This document shows, one piece after another, positions 1 through 7,093 of a stretch of 56,834 bases of DNA. Position numbers and translations under genes: made by a program. Position 1 is the first letter of the stretch. Each line of letters starts with the position of its first letter. Source of the DNA: a virus; the IMG/VR virus record IMGVR_UViG_3300029708_000018, positions 1 through 56,834 of that record, one strand, 5' to 3'. Below the pieces are notes generated by a model. That model did no database searches. It was not told the DNA's origin and was given only the letters and a program-made list of their open reading frames with translations.

Positions 1-99
1 GCCATAAGGATTTTTCTCTTTATCGTACAGCTTATGGCGCTTCAAACTAAGGTCTATATGCTGTTCATAACCTACAAGGTGGCTTGCCAATCTGCTAAG
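1..99. repeat. Terminal direct repeat, left copy. Identical to 56736-56834 (circular-contig overlap or terminal redundancy).
   Basis: Read directly: gccataaggatttttctctttatcgtacag...ccaatctgctaag occurs at both window ends. Confidence 0.9.
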
Positions 100-264
100 T
101 GTATGTACCGCCTGTCCGACATACGCATACTTAAATCCGTTTTCATCTTCTCGGAGTAGGAAGTAAATCCCACTCCTGTCATTCAGCTTTGGATTCAGCT
201 TCAATAGTCGCTTTTTGTTTTCCTGTTCTATCGCCTTGGCTCTTGCTATGTTCTGATAATTCAA
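1..264 (-). CDS. GIY-YIG nuclease, N-terminal part. The gene crosses the circular junction and continues in 56400..56834.
   Basis: Minus-strand frame reads ...NDRSGIYFLLREDENGFKYAYVGQAVHTLSRLASHLVGY (GIY-x10-YVG). TTG at 264-262 overlaps the TGA of the upstream ORF and has a GGTGG RBS 5-6 nt upstream. Confidence 0.7.
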   Translation of the reverse strand, partial: MNYQNIARAKAIEQENKKRLLKLNPKLNDRSGIYFLLREDENGFKYAYVGQAVHTLSRLASHLVGYEQHIDLSLKRHKLYDKEKNPYG

Positions 265-515
265 GCGTTACCACCTGCCTTTACTATCTCAATTGCTTCA
301 TCAGTAAGCATTTCTTCCGGCTTTCCGTGCAACCGCACACCAGAATTATATTCTTTGCTTCTTTCTTCCAACTGCTCAACAACCTTATCTACATCATAAG
401 CGGTCGGATATTTATCCAGTAATAGCAATACTGTATTTGTACTGAGCAAAGTTCCATTACTTAAAGTAACCGATTCTAAATCTTTCTTTAGTGTGTCTAC
501 GTCAATCAATCTCAT
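261..515 (-). CDS. Hypothetical protein (84 aa, starts MRLIDVDTLKK).
   Basis: Internal ATG of the 261..707 ORF, with GGAG about 10 nt upstream. The longer form would overlap 502..867 heavily. Confidence 0.5.
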   Translation of the reverse strand: MRLIDVDTLKKDLESVTLSNGTLLSTNTVLLLLDKYPTAYDVDKVVEQLEERSKEYNSGVRLHGKPEEMLTDEAIEIVKAGGNA

Positions 516-867
516 TCTTATCACGCTCCAATAATATACATTCAGTTTCAAAGAGCTTTTCAGATATATCTTTTGAATTAACTCTGCTCTCAAATTCTTT
601 GATAAAATCTCTGTATGCCTGTTTTCTAACTTCTCGGTCATGCTTGGTGCAATCAAGCATGTCAAACGAAACAGCAACTCTTCTGACAGAACTGCAATTC
701 GGCACATCAGGGTTAAGATTTATGTATCTTTCGCTGCATATCGGTATAATGCCGTTTTTCTGTAATAATTCTGCAATCTGCGATGTAAACGCCCTTGTAA
801 TTACATACTCTTTCCGGTCAGCTATTTCCTTTGCAATGTTCGCAAATACTTCGTTTGTATAATCCAT
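502..867 (-). CDS. Hypothetical protein (121 aa).
   Basis: ORF track. AAAGGAAAG lies upstream of the ATG. Same strand as the neighbouring genes. Confidence 0.55.
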   Translation of the reverse strand: MDYTNEVFANIAKEIADRKEYVITRAFTSQIAELLQKNGIIPICSERYINLNPDVPNCSSVRRVAVSFDMLDCTKHDREVRKQAYRDFIKEFESRVNSKDISEKLFETECILLERDKNEID

Positions 868-921
868 TATCTTTCCTTTCTAGGACAGCCGTTATCTGAC
901 TGCCCTGTAATCAACTAACTC

Positions 922-1329
922 TTAGTTAAATGGTAATTCCTCGTCAATATCATCAGGAATTGACATAAAGCTATCATCGGGTTTTGGCTGTGGCTCTGTA
1001 CTGCCACTTGAATTTTTACTTTCGCAAAATTCCAACTTAGATATGTTGCACTCGTTGGTGTAAACTGTGTTTCCGTCTTTATTCTTGTAACTGCCTGTTG
1101 TCCACTCACCGATAACTGCTATCTTTGAACCTTTAAATACGTGCTTTTCTACTGTTTCAGCTATTTTGCCAAAAGCCACGCAGTTAATGAAATTCGCCTT
1201 ATCGTCTTTCTTCTTAAAATTCTTGTCAACGGCAAGTGTAAATCTTGCTATTGCCATTGCATTTTCGCCCTGTGAATATCTAATCTCAGGGTCTCTAGTC
1301 AATCTCCCGATTAATGTTACAATGTTCAT
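922..1329 (-). CDS. ssb: Single-stranded DNA-binding protein.
   Basis: MNIVTLIGRLTRDPEIRY...FINCVAFGK is an OB-fold SSB signature, with the acidic tail DDIDEELPF. GGAGAA RBS precedes the internal ATG. Confidence 0.9.
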   Translation of the reverse strand: MNIVTLIGRLTRDPEIRYSQGENAMAIARFTLAVDKNFKKKDDKANFINCVAFGKIAETVEKHVFKGSKIAVIGEWTTGSYKNKDGNTVYTNECNISKLEFCESKNSSGSTEPQPKPDDSFMSIPDDIDEELPFN

Positions 1330-1349
1330 TATTTTTTCTCCTGTCTGTT

Positions 1350-2063
1350 TTAATCCCAACCTTTATAAAGACTTTCAGATACTTCAATCTCTCTGCTATC
1401 TAACTCATTCAAAGCTCTAATCAGCTTTAGTTTTGTTTCTCTGCAAGGGAAATATCCGTATTTTGCATATCTCAACATTCTCTCAAAGGTACTCATAGGG
1501 AATGGGATTTTATCATCAATGACAAGCCTTTTAAGATGTAAATGCTCAAAAAACTTATCATCATATATAACCCTGTATTCAATATGAGTTTCTACTTTAT
1601 TGCCATCATCAAAAGGCAATTCTTCCACCTCTGCCCCTGTTTCATCTTCAATCTCTGCTTTGTAGTAGGCAAATTTAGTGATTGAAAAATCAAACTGGCT
1701 TATAATCTCTTCTGCTGTTCCATAGATTTTGCTAATCAGCTCAAGCCTTATCCCTGTCTCTTTGTGGATATAAGCCTTTACGTTATCATTTTCATATAAA
1801 AACTTGTACTTAGCTTCATCTTCTGAAACAGTATCTTCCATTGTTCCATCAGTATATCCGGCTGTCATACTGTCAAAATAATCAACAGCTTCGTCTCTAT
1901 CGCCCTCATTTTGAAAGAATATATCAAGGTCTTTCACTTCCTCTTGATTAAATATATTTTTGAAGCAACCGCCACATATAAAGCCCTTGTGTCCTTCCAT
2001 AAATTTATCAAGCCAGTTTAATATCCAGTAATTATCTCTGTTTTCTTTAATCAAAACGGACAT
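1350..2063 (-). CDS. Pol-beta superfamily nucleotidyltransferase. Resembles the head domain of CCA-adding enzymes / poly(A) polymerases.
   Basis: GGCFKNIFNQEEVKDLDIFF fits G[GS]-x9-13-DxD. DFSITKFAY resembles the RRDFTINA motif. The start is coupled to the upstream stop. Confidence 0.55.
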   Translation of the reverse strand: MSVLIKENRDNYWILNWLDKFMEGHKGFICGGCFKNIFNQEEVKDLDIFFQNEGDRDEAVDYFDSMTAGYTDGTMEDTVSEDEAKYKFLYENDNVKAYIHKETGIRLELISKIYGTAEEIISQFDFSITKFAYYKAEIEDETGAEVEELPFDDGNKVETHIEYRVIYDDKFFEHLHLKRLVIDDKIPFPMSTFERMLRYAKYGYFPCRETKLKLIRALNELDSREIEVSESLYKGWD

Positions 2064-2779
2064 TCATCTCCTTTCTTTAAAATCCATTCCTTATTACGCT
2101 CTGCAACATCCACATTCGCCCCACAAGCAACTTTTTTCATCTTCTCAATAAATAAGTCCTTGTCAGCATTTTCACTCGATAAATGGCACATTATGACGTT
2201 CTGCAAGCTATCTGAATAATTTGCTTTAACAAAATCGCAAGCCGTGTCAATGGATAAGTGACCTCTGAATACGTGATTGGCTTTACCTGTGTTATCTCTG
2301 TCAATTAAATCCTTGTCATAATTCACACCTAAGAGAATGTGGTTTATGTCTTTGAATCTCCACTTGACAACCTCACAATCGGTTATGTAAAGCATTCTCC
2401 CCATTTCCTTGTGAGTAATCAGAAATCCGAATATCGGGCAAGGTTCGCCATTTGCGTCTGTGTGTGTCCAATTTCCGTCTATTGTTGTTAAATCAAAAGG
2501 TTTTACAGTAAATTCGCCCATATTCATTGATTTACAGCTATTGCCTAAATATGGTGCATAAATCGGTATTCCCATAGCCTTAAAATCTTTTACTGACTTG
2601 CTGTGGTCAAGGTGTTTATGGGTGCATAACACACCCACAACATCTTTAATGTGCCAATCTAAGCCTTTTTTAATCTCCTTAATTGGTATTCCACAATCAA
2701 GGATAAGTGTTTCTCCATTGTCGGAAGTTAGCAGATAGCAATTTCCGGCTGACGATGAGCCTAAACATTTTAAGTACAT
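2051..2779 (-). CDS. Metallo-beta-lactamase-fold hydrolase or nuclease.
   Basis: LILDCG...THKHLDHS (HxHxDH motif). Confidence 0.8.
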   Translation of the reverse strand: MYLKCLGSSSAGNCYLLTSDNGETLILDCGIPIKEIKKGLDWHIKDVVGVLCTHKHLDHSKSVKDFKAMGIPIYAPYLGNSCKSMNMGEFTVKPFDLTTIDGNWTHTDANGEPCPIFGFLITHKEMGRMLYITDCEVVKWRFKDINHILLGVNYDKDLIDRDNTGKANHVFRGHLSIDTACDFVKANYSDSLQNVIMCHLSSENADKDLFIEKMKKVACGANVDVAERNKEWILKKGDECPF

Positions 2780-2793
2780 TTACATCTTCTCCT

Positions 2794-3021
2794 TTACTCA
2801 CTACTTCGCAAAAACGATAATAATTTTTCTGTACAATCAGCACAAAGGTCGTATCTATAATTCACATATGAATAGCCATCTGGATTGCCATAAAACATCG
2901 AATGAAAGCACAGTCGATTTTCTTTTTTGATACCATATTTAAAATATCCAGCCCATTTAGACAAACTGTACTCAAAAGGCTTTCCGCATCTATCGCATTT
3001 ACGGATTTCTTCGACTGACAT
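2794..3021 (-). CDS. Small zinc-ribbon-like protein (75 aa).
   Basis: CDRCGK ... CADC cysteine pairs. Confidence 0.5.
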   Translation of the reverse strand: MSVEEIRKCDRCGKPFEYSLSKWAGYFKYGIKKENRLCFHSMFYGNPDGYSYVNYRYDLCADCTEKLLSFLRSSE

Positions 3022-3023
3022 TC

Positions 3024-3368
3024 TTACACCTCGATTTCATCATCCTGTGGGAACTGAAAGTACTCTGTTGTAGCTTTCTGAAATTGTTCCTCGCTCAAAA
3101 TACTCCGTACTTCTTCAAAACACTTTGAACCGGCTATGCAATGATAAAACACATTATTTTCATATACTTTTCTAAGCATTTCCATAGCCTTAATTGCCTT
3201 TTCTTTGGTAGAATAGGTTGCTATAAGGCTGTTCATAAACACTTCCGGTGGCTCTGCGACATTTTTAACTGCAACAATTCCATAATTCCCGCCACTACTG
3301 TTTAATATTGAAAAAACAAAGTTTTCATAAGGAACATCTGTTTTTCCTGTCTGTGAAATTACTCTCAT
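3024..3368 (-). CDS. Hypothetical protein (114 aa).
   Basis: ORF track. Tightly packed in the operon. Confidence 0.5.
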   Translation of the reverse strand: MRVISQTGKTDVPYENFVFSILNSSGGNYGIVAVKNVAEPPEVFMNSLIATYSTKEKAIKAMEMLRKVYENNVFYHCIAGSKCFEEVRSILSEEQFQKATTEYFQFPQDDEIEV

Positions 3369-3754
3369 CCGTAAAACTCCTTTCTGACATCAACTACCTT
3401 GCACTTTAATTTGTAACCCCAATCATCAATCGGTGCTCTTTTACTAGGACAACAGATAAACTCTCTGCAAATTCTAGGTCTAATTGAATAAATCTCACAC
3501 TTTTCTTTTGACTTATCATCATTAAGGAACGGGCAAGTCATATCCATTGTTGGTGTAGCCATCGGATAATTATGTCTGTGCTCCTTAATATGATGTTTCT
3601 TAATGTACTTGCGGATTGCTGCAATCTCATCTTCTGTCATAGGAAGTAAGTTACTACAACAATTACCGCACTGCGTACATTCTCCGTTACAAGTCAAGTC
3701 AAAAGTACCATTATTCATATCAACCATCATCTGTTCTAAACTTGATGATTTCAT
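3365..3754 (-). CDS. YkgJ-like CxxCxxCC cysteine-cluster (Zn/Fe-S) protein.
   Basis: CTQCGNCC ... CPFL ... CEIYSIRPRICREFIC. AGGAG sits 7 nt upstream of the ATG at 3754, just after the RecT-like stop. Confidence 0.6.
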   Translation of the reverse strand: MKSSSLEQMMVDMNNGTFDLTCNGECTQCGNCCSNLLPMTEDEIAAIRKYIKKHHIKEHRHNYPMATPTMDMTCPFLNDDKSKEKCEIYSIRPRICREFICCPSKRAPIDDWGYKLKCKVVDVRKEFYG

Positions 3755-3758
3755 AGGC

Positions 3759-4823
3759 TTACTCCTGCATGAACGGTGGTAGTTCCTCTGACTGCTTTTC
3801 GGCTGTGTCAACAACTGCGCCATCAACTACATCCGCCTTATCTTCTATAAATTCAACAGTATTAGCATTTTCAGCAATTTCAGCCTGTGCAACTTGATAT
3901 ACCTCGTCCATTTCAACCTGTGCCTGTCGTGCCATTGGGTCATAATTCTTAGGGTATTTCCTTGTTGCATTGTTACACATTTTTCTCTGTATCATGCTCT
4001 CCGGAGTATCAAGCCAAGCACCGCTTATAAACGGCTTTGCAAGCTCACATTCGAGCATTTCATCTACTGTCGTGCAACCTCTCAAAGCATTAAGAATTTC
4101 TTCTTTTTTGGCTTTAATTTCGCTTTTTTGCTTTGGTGTGGCATCCCATTTATCCTTGCAAATACCAAACGTAACATTTAACAAGTTTTGCTTAACATGA
4201 GCTAAAAGATTTACCTTTACGCTATTTCTGTCTGCTGTTAGATAAGTAATAGTTCCGTCTAACAACTTAACAGGATATACAACTTTTACCGCTTTATCGG
4301 ACAATCCTTTTTCTTCCCACTCCGGCTCTGTAACTGTAAGCCCTTTATGCTTAGGCGGTATGTACTTGTCGCCCTCTTTAATTACCCAATACGGATAAAC
4401 CTGTTTAACATCTTTTCCATAGTTGGCAAGCAAAGAATCATAACCTGTACCCTCGATTCCCATTTCAACCTGTTTCTGCCATATATCCTTGCCTGTCTGC
4501 GGGTCAACTCCCGCCTTTACATTTCTTAACTGAAAATAGCACTCTCTTGGATATGCACTAGCATTTAACTTAAGGCTTGCACAACGCTTTACGATACCTC
4601 TTAAATTGCTTGTATCAAGGTTTCTCATATCAATCTTAGGGTCATTCTTAACAAGATTAAATATGCTCGTCATGGCTTCCATAGCACACTCTTTTGCGTA
4701 ATCGTCCATATCCATTCCAACAGCCTTATAATCATTGATGATAAGCCCTGTCATTGTATTGCTCCACTCACTTAATGATGTGGTAAATGCTTTCTTTTCC
4801 GCAACTGCTGTATTCTCTGCCAT
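3759..4823 (-). CDS. Putative single-strand annealing recombinase (RecT-like).
   Basis: 354 aa. NLVKNDPKI...VKRCASLKLNASAYPRECYFQLRN resembles the RecT core. Lies in a module with SSB and the Rad50-like ATPase. Confidence 0.5.
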   Translation of the reverse strand: MAENTAVAEKKAFTTSLSEWSNTMTGLIINDYKAVGMDMDDYAKECAMEAMTSIFNLVKNDPKIDMRNLDTSNLRGIVKRCASLKLNASAYPRECYFQLRNVKAGVDPQTGKDIWQKQVEMGIEGTGYDSLLANYGKDVKQVYPYWVIKEGDKYIPPKHKGLTVTEPEWEEKGLSDKAVKVVYPVKLLDGTITYLTADRNSVKVNLLAHVKQNLLNVTFGICKDKWDATPKQKSEIKAKKEEILNALRGCTTVDEMLECELAKPFISGAWLDTPESMIQRKMCNNATRKYPKNYDPMARQAQVEMDEVYQVAQAEIAENANTVEFIEDKADVVDGAVVDTAEKQSEELPPFMQE

Positions 4824-4825
4824 AA

Positions 4826-5992
4826 TTAATCCTCGCTTTCTACTTCTTTAAATTCGCCATCAACTAATTTATAGAATATATCTTCTTTGATACGTTCTCC
4901 GTCTACATATTCTGTTTTTACACACTTAGGAATCCATATATAATTACCTTTATTGTCTGTTTCATCAGTTTTAATCCATTCAGCTAACGTTATCCAACTA
5001 CCGATTTTTGCCTTTGCTATTGAATTGCAGCCTGCTGCCATAACCACAGAGTTATTACCTTCTGATGTTATCTGTGCGTAATATCCACTACTGCCTATCT
5101 TTGCGTAATCTCCACTACTGCCTATCTGTGCGTAATCTCCACTACTGCCTATCTGTGCGGAATCTCCACTACTGCCTATCTGTGCGGAATATCCACTACT
5201 GCCTATCTTTGCGGAATCTCCACTACTGCCTATCTGTGCGTAATCTCCACTACTGCCTATCTGTGCGGAATATCCACTACTGCCTATCTGTGCGTAATAT
5301 CCACTACTGCCTATCTTTGTGTAATCTCCACTACTGCCTATCTGTGCGGAATATCCACTACTGCCTATCTGTGCGTAATCTCCACTACTGCCTATCTGTG
5401 CGTAATATCCACTACTGCCTATCTGTGCGGAATATCCACTACTGCCTATCTGTGCGTAATATCCACTACTGCCTATCTGTGCGGAATATCCACTACTGCC
5501 TATCTTTGTGTAATCTCCACTACTGCCTATCTGTGCGGAATCTCCACTACTGCCTATCTGTGCGTAATCTCCACTACTGCCTATCTGTGCGGAATATCCA
5601 CTACTGCCTATCTGTGCGGAATATCCACTACTGATACCAACATCGTCTGCTTTGACTGTCTCAACTTTTGTTTTCTCAATTGTAAAATCTACGCAAGCCT
5701 TAATAAACCCTTTAAGCCCAAGTTTTGCACCAATATGGAGCTTATTTGTAGCTGTTTTATCCTTTCCTTTATAAATATCTCCAATAGCTTCAACATCTGC
5801 AAAATCTGAAATGTTGCCATCTTCATCAATAAGTGGATAATAATTCAACACATCAAATGGATTTTCACAGAAATGCATTACACCCGCTTCACATATTTTG
5901 TTTCCTTTTTCTTCGTAAGTAGTATTTTCTTCGTATTGCTTGCCTTTGCATATCATTCCTCTGTTAAATGCCTTATATCCTTTTATACTCAT
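4826..5992 (-). CDS. Repeat protein: conserved Cys-containing N-terminal domain, then 21 nonapeptide repeats IGSSG[YD][SY]A[QK], then a C-terminal domain.
   Basis: ORF track. The repeats are read in the protein and as a 27-bp DNA unit. The N-terminus is KGYKAFNRGMICKGKQYEE...GVMHFCENPFDVLNYY. Confidence 0.8.
   Translation of the reverse strand: MSIKGYKAFNRGMICKGKQYEENTTYEEKGNKICEAGVMHFCENPFDVLNYYPLIDEDGNISDFADVEAIGDIYKGKDKTATNKLHIGAKLGLKGFIKACVDFTIEKTKVETVKADDVGISSGYSAQIGSSGYSAQIGSSGDYAQIGSSGDSAQIGSSGDYTKIGSSGYSAQIGSSGYYAQIGSSGYSAQIGSSGYYAQIGSSGDYAQIGSSGYSAQIGSSGDYTKIGSSGYYAQIGSSGYSAQIGSSGDYAQIGSSGDSAKIGSSGYSAQIGSSGDSAQIGSSGDYAQIGSSGDYAKIGSSGYYAQITSEGNNSVVMAAGCNSIAKAKIGSWITLAEWIKTDETDNKGNYIWIPKCVKTEYVDGERIKEDIFYKLVDGEFKEVESED
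5071..5637 (-). repeat. Tandem repeat, 21 x 27 bp, in frame within CDS 4826..5992.
   Basis: The unit ctgtgcg[gt]aat[ac]tccactactgcctat is repeated head to tail. Variation is confined to 3-4 nucleotide positions. Confidence 0.95.
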
Positions 5993-6165
5993 CGATTCTC
6001 CTCTCTTTGCTTCTCATCTCTCCATGCTTTAAATTGCATATTCAAATCTTTCACTTTTACCTTAATCTCGTCTACCTCTTCCTCTTGTTCGACTAAATAG
6101 CCGACAAGCTCAAGCATATTGTGTAGAACATCTTCTTTTGATAGATTTGTTCTTATTTCTTCCAT
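5989..6165 (-). CDS. Small acidic coiled-coil protein (58 aa, starts MEEIRTNL).
   Basis: Internal ATG with GAGG 8 nt upstream. The longer 91-aa form overlaps a better-supported upstream small ORF. Confidence 0.5.
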   Translation of the reverse strand: MEEIRTNLSKEDVLHNMLELVGYLVEQEEEVDEIKVKVKDLNMQFKAWRDEKQREENR

Positions 6166-6169
6166 TGTC

Positions 6170-6325
6170 TTAAACCTCATTAAAAACCTGAACCGCAAAC
6201 AGTTCATTAGGTGTCTGCTTGTATAGAACTCCGTCAGATATGACTGTATACATATATCCGTCATACTTAAGCTCTACAGTGTGTTTCTTACCGCCCATGT
6301 AATAATTTCTCTTCTTAATACTCAT
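6170..6325 (-). CDS. Small protein (51 aa, MSIKKRNYYMGGKKHTVELKYDGY...). Not in the ORF track because it is under 60 aa.
   Basis: AGGAGG RBS lies 6 nt upstream of the ATG at 6325. The ORF fills the gap between two listed ORFs. Confidence 0.6.
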   Translation of the reverse strand: MSIKKRNYYMGGKKHTVELKYDGYMYTVISDGVLYKQTPNELFAVQVFNEV

Positions 6326-6336
6326 TTCTATACCTC

Positions 6337-6546
6337 CTATAATCCAAGTAACTTTTTAATCACTTCTCTCATTCTCTCGGCTTCGCCACTCAACTGCTTC
6401 TCGCTTTTATCAGCAAGTCTAATCACTGTTTTGTATTCTTCCTCTGAAACCACCTCTTTAAGCGCACGTAAAACAGCGACTGCCTCTGCCATAACATGGC
6501 TTTTTATACCTCTAAATGTAACTTCTCCGTCTTTTGATTTAATCAT
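6337..6546 (-). CDS. Hypothetical protein (69 aa).
   Basis: ORF track, operon context. Confidence 0.5.
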   Translation of the reverse strand: MIKSKDGEVTFRGIKSHVMAEAVAVLRALKEVVSEEEYKTVIRLADKSEKQLSGEAERMREVIKKLLGL

Positions 6547-6548
6547 CT

Positions 6549-7085
6549 CTATACCTCACTTTCTTCAAACTCTTTTAACTGTTCTGCTAACTTCTTGCAC
6601 TCTTCTGCTACATATTCCTCTGTGCGGATTATCAACCCATCAATGTGGAATCCGTTCTCACACTCAATCTGCATAGCAAGGCTTTTTCTGTAATTAGGAA
6701 ATCTCTCATAAGCGAGTTCAAGTTCTTTTGCGTCATCGCAATGTGCACAGTCAAATCCAAACCACCATAAATCACTTTCTATCGGATAGTTTGAATTTTC
6801 TCCACCATCCGCAAAGGTAATACCGCCGTGACATTGAAAATATGCTTCAATTCGTATTCTTTCGTCTTCATCAAGGCAAGCTCCAAGCAAAGGAAAAATA
6901 CCGCTTATTTCTCGGTCTCCGACATCTGCTTTCTTAATTTCAAGATAGTCTGAATACTCTTTACCATATAAAGGGTGGTTTTTAGGAATGCCTACATATC
7001 CGCACCTATGCCCCATCACATTGAATGTAACGACACATTTATATCCTGCGTGTTCAAACTCTTGTTCTACAATATTATCTATCAT
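6549..7085 (-). CDS. Hypothetical protein (178 aa) with HGGITF and WWFGFDCAHCDD motifs.
   Basis: ORF track. His/Asp/Cys-rich motifs hint at a metal site. I cannot assign a family. Confidence 0.55.
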   Translation of the reverse strand: MIDNIVEQEFEHAGYKCVVTFNVMGHRCGYVGIPKNHPLYGKEYSDYLEIKKADVGDREISGIFPLLGACLDEDERIRIEAYFQCHGGITFADGGENSNYPIESDLWWFGFDCAHCDDAKELELAYERFPNYRKSLAMQIECENGFHIDGLIIRTEEYVAEECKKLAEQLKEFEESEV

Positions 7086-7093
7086 TCGCTATA

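Noticed and set aside
5065-5634. Listed plus-strand ORF of 189 aa (MLSVRNIHYCLSLRNLHYCLS…).
   Set aside because: It is the antisense shadow of the repeat region in 4826..5992. It has no RBS, and its periodic sequence is an artefact of the repeat.
5071-5637. The regular 27-bp repeat could be taken for a CRISPR array.
   Set aside because: The units are contiguous with no spacers. They are in frame within a long ORF and differ only at codon positions that toggle specific residues. This is a coding tandem repeat.
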